Source: Phoronis australis (taxonomy: Eukaryota; Animalia; Phoronida). From it: a stretch of 64,000 bases of DNA. Each line of letters opens with the position of its first letter. Within the stretch, counting starts at the first letter, position 1. The stretch lies in the NCBI GenBank assembly GCA_002633005.1, contig NMRA01000091.1, positions 615,979-679,978 of the forward strand. The letters are read 5' to 3'. The translations under genes and the position numbers were made by a program. Under the pieces are notes generated by a model, which saw nothing but the letters and a program-made list of their open reading frames with translations, did not search any database and was not told the DNA's origin. Positions 26,695-38,848 of this stretch are shown piece after piece.

Positions 26695-26955
26695 GTAAAT
26701 CAACACGCCTGTTTAGCGTACTAGTTTCAAAGTAGAAAATGAACAACGAAGTAAGGCAAACTACCAACATGACCTTTTAAAGTTGAAAAGTAAATAGTGG
26801 CCATCTTTGAATTTTTTAAAATCAACGCATAATAAGAGAAATTAGCAAATATGTTTTCCTCAGCATCACGGCTCGGCCAGGGGCATTAATTTGTGAATCA
26901 ATTAGGACGGGCTAGTCACAGTCTGGCTTAGGCTTGCTTAGGTGTTGCGGTTACA
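26695..26955 (+). mobile_element. MITE, second copy 62822-63225 (that copy carries a nested 155-bp MITE)
   Basis: Shared cgtaaa.caacacgcctgtttag start, ttttcctcagcatc core and ggtgttg.ggttac end. Confidence 0.7.
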
Positions 26956-27684
26956 AAACTTCAAATGTTGGCGTATTACTTGTCTCATAGGTTAACATTT
27001 GTTTTGGAAAATTTCTCAGATTCCTGTTGATGTTGCTTAGAGTGGTTTTAGAAGATTGCACGCAGTTTTGCACGAGCCTTACTGTAGTGTTGAATATCTG
27101 ATGTAACTTTTGACCAGACATTAATCCATGGAGTAATGCACAATCGTTGACATAATCAACAGTAAAACACATAAATTCAACATCAATATATTGGTTCTGG
27201 ATCTTCAAGCAATTGTTCATTTTCAAGAGCAAAATGATATAAAAGCATGGGAAAACAATTCTCCAGTATCATCTAAGCACGTGTGTTAACAATTAAAATA
27301 TCAAAGAGTTAGGAGATAGGGTGTCATCTGGTGGCATTTGCAGAAATTAACTAAGAAGTTAATGTTTTGAAAATATGAGTAAGAAGTCGCTGTACAGATA
27401 CAGGTTGTTAGTGGGACATGACGGCTTTTTTGCATTCTAGCAGTTTTCTCGTACAAGATGTCTTAGTGTCAAAATTGTTTTCTGTTGCTTATCCTTAAAA
27501 AGCTAAACAAGTTTGGCTTTTGCAGTGGGACATACTAAAGTTTTGCTTATAAATACAACTGAAAGAGATGAACTCACAGGAGGGTTCACTTTCAATCAGT
27601 GAGCTTATCCATCACTGTGGTGGTTTGAAAATTAATTTATATGGTATGATGTTTCCAGATGGTAAATTCTATTCATGTTTGCAG

Positions 27685-27764
27685 CAACTGGTTAATGACG
27701 ATGAAGACCCCGAGGTGGAGTTCCTCAAGTCACTGTCAAGTAAACAAAAGAAGAAGTTGTTAAA
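27685..27764 (+). CDS. CIR1: CIR1 exon 6 (EDPEVEFLKSLSSKQKKKLL)
   Basis: ttgcag / gtgagt; conserved EDPEVEFLKSL. Confidence 0.95.
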
Positions 27765-27875
27765 GTGAGTGTGTGTGCGTAGCTTATTCTGACTGGTATG
27801 CCATGTTTTGAGATGTTAAATACCATGCTGTGTGCCTCACAAAGTTTTTTTGTAGTAATCGTAAGTCATCACAAA

Positions 27876-28175
27876 CATTTTTAAGTCTGGTCAGCTCGCC
27901 ACCTGTGGCCACATCACGTAACCGAATGACTATAAATCTGAAAAGATTTCTTCCCCAACCGGGACTCCAGTCTGGAACCTTCTGCTAACCTTGTAGACGC
28001 TCTAGTCCACTGAAACACAGAAACCCAATTAGACTAGTAGTGGGCATCTTGCCATTGAACTCCTGAGTGTATATCGATATATAATGCCGGGTTGGGGCAA
28101 AAATCTTTTCAGACTTATATTTATTAGGACACATGATGTGGCCTACAGGTGGTGTGCTGACCAGACTTAAAAATG
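27876..28175. mobile_element. Fold-back element with about 88-bp inverted arms and tRNA-like loop, CIR1 intron 6
   Basis: catttttaagtctggtcagc... and ...gctgaccagacttaaaaatg are reverse complements; partial related arm at about 45025-45075. Confidence 0.75.
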
Positions 28176-28179
28176 GTAA

Positions 28180-29875
28180 AGGAGAATGCCACCCAATTTA
28201 ATTAGTCTTTTTTGCCGTCTTAATCGGTCTATATCCACATACGGTGACCTTACCTTGCCAAGAGGTGTCGCATTAACCTGTGAGGAAGGGGAGAAACGAC
28301 GCTAGCGACATGAGTGGTTCATATGCAGAGTGAATGCCGCCATGTTGCGGTGCATCGTTCCCGCTTGTCCGAACTAAGCAGCTGCGAGGAAAGCGGGTAT
28401 ATCGTTTTTTTGTTACTTCCTCGAGAGTCCGACATGCTTAGGAAGTGGCTCATAGTAGTGAAGAATGAAATGTATGCTGTAAATAGCAAGTATGAGGCCG
28501 TGCCGAAACATAAACGTGTCTGTGGCCTGCAGACGTCGACAGTGCCTGACGAAGGCCGGCTTACCAAATAACACCATACGTTCCGTTGTCCGAGCTTGTT
28601 CATGGCGCCTCTCTAGTATTTCTTCATCACTGTATTCCTGTTCGAATTGGTAGCCTGTAAAATGTAAAGATCCACCTGCGAAATCGGACTGATGAGCTCT
28701 AGCTCGTCCTAAGTCGGGATTGCGAGTGGGCCATGTTGGCGTTATTCAGTATTACTGAGCGCTCTGTTTCAAAATGAATTATTCTCACCCTAACCAATAC
28801 TTATATAAAATTGAAACAATGTCTGACTCATTAGTCGCAAATTGTAATGCCTTTGGAGCGTTCGTGAGTGCAAATGATTTGAGAAGCCAGCAATGAATAA
28901 ATCACTGCGTTACCGGCTTTAGGTGCAAGTAAACCTAATTGACGCCGGGACACCTAGGCCGTGTGAGCTCATGCTAATTTAGTGTTTGCTGCCAGAAACT
29001 GTTGTGAAACAACTTGATTTCCATCCCACGGCCAGGTGTTAGGGGAATCTTTATTTACATTTACATTACTCAAATAATGATTGTCAATGTACAACTTCTG
29101 CCCTGACCGTCCGGGTGCTGTGGCCAAAGCGGAACCTGAATTCGCGGCCCCCGACGAGTAAGTAGATTTTCAGTTTCGTGGCTAATTCACCAACATAATC
29201 AGGTGCACATTACTTTGGCTCACTAGTATAGTATTTTCTTGAGTGGAAGTTTAGTTTCCACTGAACTTTTGCTGGTTTATGTTCGTAATGTCTGACCAGT
29301 TTCTGAGCCACTGGCGCCGGGGCGGGGATAACGAGTCAATCCGGCCGGCCGTGACGGGCCTGATCGGGCTCCGAGCCACTGGCCAGGATAACAAGCGTTT
29401 TGTTTTTAGAACTCAAAAAATCACAAGTCTAAACAACACAGATCTAGGTTCTCCTGTCTGTATCTGACGGAAAATACTTCGAAATTATTTCCGAACAGAC
29501 CCCAAACTCCTGCTACGGACCTTATTGGCCTGCCGAACTTTGTATGCTACGGTGTGTCCAAATACCAATAAATCGGTAAGAGCGAAATAAAACAACACGT
29601 TTTTATAAGAACTCGGTGTATTTTTAAGGGTTTTACATCGAAGTTTGATGATTTATTGGTGTTAAACGATGACTTCAAGCGATATGCTGACACCAGTAAC
29701 CCGTGTTGTGGACTGCTGAACAGACTGCGTGTGAAACCGATGACATCATTGGATAATTTCAACACCTCCGGCTGCCGTCAGGTGTCAGGTACCGCAACCG
29801 TACGTGTCGTTATGGAGTAGAAATACTCGATCTAAATTAATACAAATGAGGTTGTTTTTTGGGTGGCATGCTCCT
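28180..29875 (+). mobile_element. Degenerate Kolobok-like DNA transposon with decayed THAP domain, CIR1 intron 6
   Basis: TIR AGGAGAATGCCACCCAA / TTGGGTGGCATGCTCCT, flanks GTAA / TTAA; frameshifted CIVPACPN ... LRKWLIVVK ... RVCG at 28335-28570. Confidence 0.7.
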
Positions 29876-30083
29876 TTAAATTTCCACGCTGGTTTAAGAA
29901 TTACATATTTCTATGATTGTAACAGCTGTTGTTACTCTGTGTGCTTGTTTAGGAGGTAACTGTTGGTATCTAAGAAACAAATGAATAATATTATTATTAT
30001 GCATTACAAGGTTAACATGAGTTTTGGTGCATTTTGTTGGAATCAAGATTTCTTCCTTTCTGATAACTTTTTTCAATTAATAG

Positions 30084-30175
30084 GAAATTAGAAAAGCTAG
30101 ACAGAAAAGACAAGAAAAAGAAGAAAAGCAAGAAAACGAGCAAGAAAAAAGAGGAACAGAGTAGCTCAGAGAGTG
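30084..30175 (+). CDS. CIR1: CIR1 exon 7, Lys/Ser-rich
   Basis: taatag / gtaaga; phase 2-1; KLEKLDRKDKKKKK. Confidence 0.9.
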
Positions 30176-32717
30176 GTAAGAACTGTCAATGTTAGACTTG
30201 AAGCTAGCCAAGGTTTTAAAATAACTCTTTTACTGCTAATCAAATTCTATTGTACTTCCCAGCACCAATTGACTGATTGACATTTTGCATACGAACTCTG
30301 TAATGTTCAAGTTGGAAATAGTGCATTTTTGTGTAGCCTGTAGTTTATGGAGTCACTATGGTGTTGTTCAATAGTAGTGTGAGACCTCAGAGTATTGTTG
30401 TGGTATACCTTCGACCTGTAAGCACCTTCTCAGTACTACAAAAGAATACATTTCATATTGTCGTCGTACAAAGCATTGTTCGCTTACATTTCCAAACACC
30501 GGGTTCACTGGATCCATCTTCCATTTTCGGAGGTTAATTTGAATTTCGTGGGGTCCGTGAAACAGTCCATCAGTTATAGTATAGAGCTGCACACAATGTT
30601 AAGGTGGGAAGTCTTCTGCTTCTTGTATCAATGAGAAATACTGGAAGGTAATCGAGAAATGGAATCATTTCTTTGGTTTTATTTCTGACATGCATCTTAT
30701 CAAAGTCACATCCAAGGTGACGCACCCATCAACTCGATCTGCGTCTTGTTAACGTAATTGTGTCAATTGACACTAAAAGGCAGCCTGAGGCAAACAAGGA
30801 AAATTGACACTACTTTGTAAATGTATAAATCGCCATTTATTTCATGCCTTTATTGACAAAGGCATCTCTATGTTCAGTTACTTGATATATGAACATAATT
30901 GTAGAGGACCTGACAGAAGATAGTAAATGTCTATTACGTGGCAATGATATAATACTCAGCAATGCAGTCCTGCTATTTTTCAAGAAATTCAGTTATGTAA
31001 CATGTCAGTTTGACAAGTGCATTCCTGTTAACTTGATAACAGATGGACGGATCTGTTAGGGAGGTGGTAACACTTTTCCATTTTCGGACTGGTCTGGCAT
31101 TCTGTGACATCTAGCGGCCATTCTTATAGTGCTGATCAACACCGCTAGATACATAACGTTTTGGGGTGCTGTCGTGGACGTATTTCAATTCTCCTTGTTC
31201 CTCTTGTACTAAAGGTCAGTGTTGATCAGTCCACATTTTTATCAGTTGGGGTTCATTTCATGAAAATTTACTTAATGCTTAAGTTTTGAGGTTTCTTTTC
31301 AGTGGAACCCTGCTGTTTTTGATATTAATTATATTTATTGAAAATTCTGGTTCCTGAATAGAGATGCATTTTTGTGTGGTAATTGCTGTGCCTCGTTCGT
31401 GGACTTTTTATCTATGGAACTACAGAAAAGGATGTGATTGGACCACCAATAGGTTGGCGTCTTGCTTCTGCATTATCTTTCGTTGAGCAAGCACATTTGT
31501 CCTACTCACTGTTGAACACAGTCTGTGTTGGTCATTTTTGCATGCTCATTGAAAGTGAATGCAGAGTCAAGATGTGAGCCTTTTTCATCTCGTTCTATTT
31601 TAACAGTTCAGTGGATAGTAAATGAACCCCAAGGGAGAAATCATTACTTTAAAAAATGTCTCTCACCAGGGGTTGGTGTCATATGACTTTATGACTTAAG
31701 ACAGAAATTTGTACTTTAACTCCCAGTTCACAGTTGACTTGACTTAATCTTTATTTAACAACTGTGAAGTGGAAGCATAGCACCAAATTTCCATCTTTCA
31801 TCAAACAGACCCCAGGTATTTATATTTTTACCAGAGCTAAAACTAAAATGGTTGCTTTCCTTTTCAGTTTGGACCAAAATTCGTGATATTTTAAATGGAT
31901 ACTAAACCCTGTTTTGTTAATTTCAAACAATCCTTGTTCTGTATATGAATATGTCAATCTCAATACGGTGCGGAATATATGTTGCAAACATTTAAGTCTT
32001 GTCAGCACGCCATCTGTTGGCCACATCACGTGACCTTTTTCTGTCACCTGCTAATTTCTAATGCATCACTGGCATCCCACTCGAGTGATAAAAGCAGGAT
32101 TCAACTGAAAACTCATACTTTCTGTGTGGCAGAATGGACATTATGGTTCTTGGTGTCTAGTTTTTCCCTGCAGTTGTGTTGTATTCGCCTGAAGTGAAGG
32201 CCATGGCTGCCCATTTACCAGATTTCTAAGGAGTTTTCAAATTTGCCTCCGAATTTTTTCGAGTTTTTGAGGGTTACAAAGAGCTGAGTGTGAAAATTGG
32301 TTTCAGTATGATTGTGTTAATAGACCTAAAGTGGGATGTGGTGTCCTTTTAAGATAGGACATGGTCTCCAGTGGCCATTTTAATGGGCTCTGTGCCCGGT
32401 TTTAATTTTGGTGATTGAATTCACTTCTTTATTATGCAGCCACATGTATGTGTTGGTGCATATTTCCATCATCTCTGTCTGGGCATCCAGTGACTACTAC
32501 TGTATCTCCAAAACACAGTCTTAACAAATTTCATGAAACCTGTCTAAAACAAATTTGCTTTAAGCTAGCTTGATTTTGGTCTTGGCTAAACAAATTTCAT
32601 AAAATAGGCCCTGGTGTAATAATTTCATTGTCAGGTAGCTGAACTAGTTTTCAAGAAAGTCAACACACCTCATTTGAGGAAAATTAGTACAATGCATCAG
32701 ATTTTCTTTTGTTGCAG

Positions 32718-33100
32718 AAATGGAAACAAATTCACCAGTTCGTCTGAAGAAAAGACCAGAGCGACAAAGAAGCCAGTCACCAATGGAACGAAATCATCAC
32801 CGTGATGATCATAAGCGCAGAAAAGAGACAAGAAAAGGCGATATTTCACGACACAGATCGAGAAGTGAATCACCACCAAAACACCAACGCCGTGGTGGTA
32901 ATGGGAAAGATCAGCGTTCAACCGAAAAGAGTGGCAAGTATGAAGTTAGCCCCAAAAGTTACAGAGTTGACAGGTACAAAAGCCATAAAGATAGAACTGA
33001 TGAAAGGGACAATAGACACATGAGCAGTTCAGGGAGCCGTGAAGTGTCAAGGTCAAAAACCAGGCATCGTCACAGATCATCCAGTTTGGGTGACCGTTAA
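32718..33100 (+). CDS. CIR1: CIR1 last exon, RS/basic low-complexity tail
   Basis: ttgcag acceptor, phase 1, open to TAA at 33100; joined CDS 1125 nt = 374 aa. Confidence 0.9.
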
Positions 33101-34055
33101 GATTTTTTGATTGTCAAACGTTCAGAGTTGAAACTTTATAAGCGTCACTTGGTCATTGAAACCCACTTGTGAATGTACAGTACTAAGGCGAACGTTCATG
33201 AACTCTAAAGTGTTGCCTTCAAGGAATGGACAAATGTGCTTTTGATCCTGTTCCAAGTTTTATGAATGTGGGACAAAGTTTGGCAGTGTCCATGAGGTGC
33301 TGCATCTGATTTTCATTGCTAACATATGTATGTTTTCCTGATGAGTCCAGTGTGAATGAAGCACTGACATTGTACAAATAACCCCACCTGAATATCATAT
33401 GATTGAATGAATTATAGACTTATCTGTTATACAGTTTTGATCGACTGCCTCATTCAGTAAGTATGCAAGATATTGATAGAGGGGCTCACGATCGTTGTGC
33501 CCAATGAAACAACAGGTATTGCTATCTCAAAGAGTAAGTATGTACCTAGGCTTGGTATACACTGCTGACTCAATGGACAAGACAAAGACATGGCTGATAA
33601 GTGTATAGATCTGAGCTGAACGAGTTGTTTTCAAAGCAAAACCATTTACAATCTACCTACAAGTGATATTAAACAATCAGCAGTGACTTTTGTGGACTCT
33701 TAACTTTCTCTATGCTGCCACTGACAGCCCAGTCAGGGCTGCCCACTACCCATTGCAGACCTGTGGCAAGAGCTCTGGTTAACATTGAGGTGGACGACCG
33801 GAAAAATCAGGTGTATGTGGTTGTCAATGCAAGAACACCGTTAATTCATCAGTACCCATCAGTGGTACCCGTGGTACATTGGTCATGTGAAGTGCCAAGT
33901 CAAAACCTCCCATTAAGAGTTCTCGTAGAAACATCACCCAGTCAGATTCGCAATCCGGTGATGCTAGCCCGTGTTTCTACAGTGAATATGTAAAATTGGC
34001 GGAAAATCGTTCACTTCGTGCGATACCTGAGTATTACTGATACTGGTAGTTCAAG

Positions 34056-34274
34056 GGTATGCACTCGAAGGAACCCCTCCCCCATTTGGCGAAGTGGGCA
34101 AAAAGGTCCGCCTTTGAGAAACGAATGAGACAAAAGTCCATTAAACAAGCACAAACGCGCAATTCACAGTGGTGGCCCCGTTTTTTTTTTCTTTAGTCCG
34201 CCCGTATTTTGTTACTGAAAGGTCCACAACTTCAGGAATTCGAGCCCCCCATATTGAAGGCGGGGTGCGCGCAT
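34056..34274. mobile_element. About 220-bp MITE family (other copies 39048-39283 inverted, 60138-60356)
   Basis: Shared cccatttggc.aagtgggcaaaaaggtccgcc and gaattcgagcccccc; ATGCGCGCACCC-type termini. Confidence 0.75.
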
Positions 34275-35820
34275 GCTTACGTACAGCTTGTTCAGTATGC
34301 TCGTTCTCCTTTTCGCCTTTGAAACCCACAGATATTTATATTTATAAAATATCTTATCACAGCTCAAACTGGTTTTCACGGCAACGAAGAACAAGCTGCT
34401 CGTACTTGCGTGGCGACAGGTCACAGATTTGAGCATTCAGATTTATGGAGTCGGTGGTCCAAGTAATACGGTTTCTAACCAGAACTGGACGTCCCTTCAT
34501 TTTCAAAGAACTTTCTTGTACAGTCTGAAATTTTGACTGCAAATACACGTCTTTCAAGTAAATTCAAATTGGAAAAAATCTGGTTGGTAAGCGACATATT
34601 TTAATTAAAATTTCTGGAGTCTGGAGGGCAAGAGTATTTGGAGTCTTGTCTCTGCTCAAGGACCGGGGTATTCGTGAGTTTGGGATTTGGGCCGGGGAGA
34701 AAAATCACAACATTCATTGGCATTTTGACGAATTGTGGCATCTCCTTTTTCCGGGAATCGATGCAAGGCGAGAGATTCTTCATCCAGCACAACCGAGTGA
34801 TTTCACAGCGTATTCACGTTCCTTTTTCAGGCACGTTGATACTCAATAAGAGTGTTAAAGGTTTTTGTTGAATCAGTTGCATGGTAATTGCCGTGAGACC
34901 AAGCACTTAATTTGATCCGTGGTCTTTGCCAGAGTTTAATGTGTTTACTGAAATCGAAAGTAATTTGACATGTTCCTTGCCATTTTAGCATGGGAAATCA
35001 TGATAAATATCTGTTATTCTGTGCTCCAATATGATGGTTTAAAAGGAGACTAAACGCTATACTTTGATGATTGCCACCAATTCTCGTCACTCGGTCACCT
35101 GCTAATGCATCATTGGCGTCAATCTTGCAAGTTAAAGGCAGGAATTAACTAAGAACTCATAATCCCATCTCACAAATTCGATATGATGATCCTTTGTAGC
35201 TTGTCTTTTCCCTTTCCCACTGAATCCGTGTAATTCGCTAAAAGCGTAGGTCACGCTTGCCTAATTAGTTGACTTTGAAAGGAGTTTTCAAATTTTTGTC
35301 CAAACTTTTGAGACTTGTAGAGGGTCACAGAGCATAATTTTGTTTCAGAGAACTGCCGAACCTGCTTTTAATATCTGTTGGTTGGCGAAAACCGGGTTTG
35401 GCATTCTTTTAAACACACGGGTGTCTCAAGTTTCCACTTGACGACCCTTCTATTCGTGCTACAAACACGAATGAAAACTCCGAGCTAAAATTAACGGTTT
35501 AGACTCGATCTTCCAGCTTCAAAGCTGGGTCCATCAAGTGTAAACTAGGATTGATAGTCATATACGTATTTAAAAATAAACCAGTGTACAAGGTCGAGCA
35601 CACAATTACCGACACGTTTGAATTTGCACAGAAGAAGAACAGAAATTTGTCAAAAAATTCGAGTGCAAATATTAGACCCCATTCCATTATGCGCCTTGTG
35701 ACGAAAGTGTGACGACATAATGACATGAGTCGCACACCACGTTCACCTTCTCTGTCGATCATCTAACAGTAGACCGTGGAGAAATTGTAATGTGTCGTTT
35801 AATCGAGTTTTGATCAAAGC

Positions 35821-36547
35821 ATGTGGTGGACGTTCCGATGTATGACATCGTTTACTTTTGCCACGGTACTAGTTATTGACATATATAGTTCATATACATC
35901 GGGTTGGGAGTTGCCAGTGTTTCGTCGTATGTGTCCTCAACAGGATCTGGTCGTTTATTTCATGGAAGGCAAATACCACTATTCTCAGGAGTCCGGTTAT
36001 CAAATGATTGGAACATTTCTGCAAATGTTGGCTCAATATATTTATCAATCGTGCAACAGCACTATGGCTGCTTTTGCGTACGACTTCAGTTACGTGAATA
36101 GAAGTTCTCCTATTCGAAACCACCATCCCTACGGCTCTTGTCAATATGAGCAATGCGCCGTTAAAAATTTCTATCGCCTTACAACAGCTAAGGAGAGTGA
36201 ACTTACTGAGAAAAGGGCGATTTTGGTCAACGCTGTTAAGCATGCCCGAAAGGAGGTTTTACCAAGTTTTAAATCGAGAGTAAAGACGGTAATGTTCGTA
36301 TCAAATGTCATTCCTAAGCCCGCACAGCGTAGGAGAGCCAAATATCAGTTTAAACTCATGAAGAAGGAGTTTAGAGGCGTACGATTGTATTACATTCACG
36401 TCAACGATAAGGCGGTTGACACCAACAACGTTTTGAGAGACTTTGGAGTAGATTATTTCGACATAAGACATGTATGGCTTGACATAGTGAATAGTATTAG
36501 CCACTTGATAAAGGCTTTGAACGACTACTGTTGTCAACAGAACTTCA
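35821..36547 (+). CDS. Large first coding exon of an uncharacterised gene: putative signal peptide plus divergent VWA-like domain
   Basis: Uninterrupted 244-codon ORF; VWA-like pattern C..DLVVYFMEG / KTVMFVSN / GVRLYYIHVN; perfect ca|GTAAGT phase-1 donor at 36548 just before the ORF stop (unspliced form would end at 36555). Confidence 0.8.
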
Positions 36548-37039
36548 GTAAGTAGGTTTCAGTATTTTATTTTCACCACTAAAAGTATTATTGGCTATTA
36601 CAACATGCAATTTGAAAGAGATAATATTGCATAGCACCAAAAACGTTAAACCTCTACACAAACCAATATAAATGTACAGTTTTGGATCGGTCGAAATAAA
36701 AAATGAAAAATGACAAAATACATGTTAAATGAATTGTTTCCGTTATTGTGTCGCTAATTTTGTGGATCATTTTCGTGCTGTGTTTTCTCCGTGAGAGTGT
36801 TCTCTCCTGTGCCATTAGAGGTGGAATTATGGAGGTCTCTGGGAACTCCATGAAACGAATGATTATGTAAAGTGTGTAACCAAAACTTAATTGAATACGA
36901 AATTCATTTTATTATCGTTTGCACCAGATACAATTGTTGAAGAACGTAGTTTCCAAGTGAATGCTCCCCTTTAGACTTGTTTATAAATTATTCGGAGCTC
37001 TTGCAAGATTTTTAGTTAGGGCACTTTAGATTGTTGCAG

Positions 37040-37057
37040 AAACTGCGTATATTGGGT
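37040..37057 (+). CDS. Micro-exon 1 (18 nt, KTAYIG)
   Basis: ttgttgcag|aaactgcgtatattgggt|gtaagc; symmetric phase 1. Confidence 0.65.
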
Positions 37058-37820
37058 GTAAGCGTTTCTGTATTTCTTGGTATTCAGGTGACTTCTAAGC
37101 CTAAGAGTCTGGGAATGTGTTGCATGTGAAGCTTATTTGTTTTTGTATTGTATTCTGCGACGCATCCATGCCACTATAATTAATAAATTTACATCTTTAT
37201 TATGGCATGCAATTCGAAGGAGAAAATCTGGCATAACACCAAAAACGCTATAAAAACCTTAATACAAACCAATATAACTGTACGGCTTTGGATCGGTCTA
37301 GGTAAAAAAATGAAAAAATGATAAAATATGTCATTAAATGAAAATTACGCTCTTTCTTAGGAAACTAAATCTTTGCCGCCACTGAAGTCGCATTGTTTCC
37401 GTTATTGTGCTGCTACTGGTTCGTTTTCATGTTGTTTCTCCGTGAGTGTGTTCTATCTCGCATATCCTTCTCTCTTTGTTGAAAATCTCTGGTCCCTAAC
37501 TCCACCGCTGGCTTCCAACACCAAGAAAATCAACGATATTTGTCCGCTCTAAGCGTCTTATTCATCGAGTAAACTGATATTAAAATATTGCCGTTACATA
37601 GGGTATCCCAAATGTAACGACAGCCTAGTTTGAATGTCCACGCATTGTATTTGGGCTCAGAAACAACTCTTCATGAGCCATTTCTGAGCAACTATAAAAA
37701 TATCTCAAAAACGTAATTTCCGTGAACTTTAGGACATGGCCATTCATAAGTGCTTTGTCCATTCATTTCTCTCCCTGGAAAGTGTAAGGAATGTCGTTTG
37801 ATTTGATAATGGAAATAAAT

Positions 37821-38660
37821 ATAGATTATTACATGGCGAAGTCGTTATATCCGTAACTCCAGAGCCCGAGACGATTTTGGAGAATTATCTCCAAAATCCA
37901 CGAGGGCTCTAGATAAGGGGGATAAAGACTGAGAACATGTAATGATCTATTTATACTACTTACTGAACGATGAACATTGCAATGAACCGATCTACCTTTC
38001 TCGACTCGCCTCGGCTTTTGTGACTACTTTCTATGTCAGAGGCCTGGGGTCGGAGGTCGTGACCTTTTAAAAAATGGCGAGATTTTCTTGTTAAAATGAT
38101 GTTTTTACTTAAAACCAAATAAAATTGAAACAAAATAGAAATAAAGTGAATCTGTAAAATAATTTTTAAGCAACTAGTCTAGCTTACTTCGCATCGCTTT
38201 ATGCTAAGCTTCCACCGTGAAAGTATCGTCTGCAAAAGTAGGTTACCAATGGTTACTGAGTATAATGTCCAATTTAAAAGATCCCGACGACACGTTACTC
38301 GCATTCAAACTGGAGATCGAAGATTTACAAGTGAGAGAATATGTCATATGAATTTTACTGAATTAAAGATGTCGTTTATTGAAATTATGCGTCTTATTTT
38401 TCATAGCGTATAAATGTCGGTAAAATGCCGTTTGCTGAACATGCGATTGTTGCACGTGCTCATTTAAGTATTCCATTTTCACATTCGATGACGTCAGCTG
38501 CTGCGTGGTGCAGTGGTAAAGTCGACGACTCGAAACTCTTGCGGAGAAGGCTCGAAACCGGCCTCGGTTTCCCGCCAAAATGTTATTTAACGCCGTTAAA
38601 TAACCAAATGGGTTATTTAACGGTTCTATTGGCCATTCGAGGCTGATATTATGGTATAAT
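37821..38660 (+). mobile_element. About 840-bp non-autonomous element with internal tRNA-like cassette; second copy 58482-59277
   Basis: Two colinear copies with the same ends (ATAGATTATT ... GGTATAAT) in different flanks. Confidence 0.85.
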
Positions 38661-38833
38661 TGAAAGTATGGGCGAAGACGAACATTACCTTTATTTTAAC
38701 TCCTTCATAGCAGTAAAACATAAATTTGTGTTATCAAATTTTACTCAAAAGATATCCGCCTCCGACAGGAACACATTCCATTCCTCGGTATCGCATGTGG
38801 ATAACCTCGTTCCTAATGTCTTGTTCTTCTCAG

Positions 38834-38848
38834 GTCCTCGATGTCTCG
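38834..38848 (+). CDS. Micro-exon 2 (15 nt, CPRCL)
   Basis: ttgttcttctcag|gtcctcgatgtctcg|gtgaat; symmetric phase 1. Confidence 0.6.
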
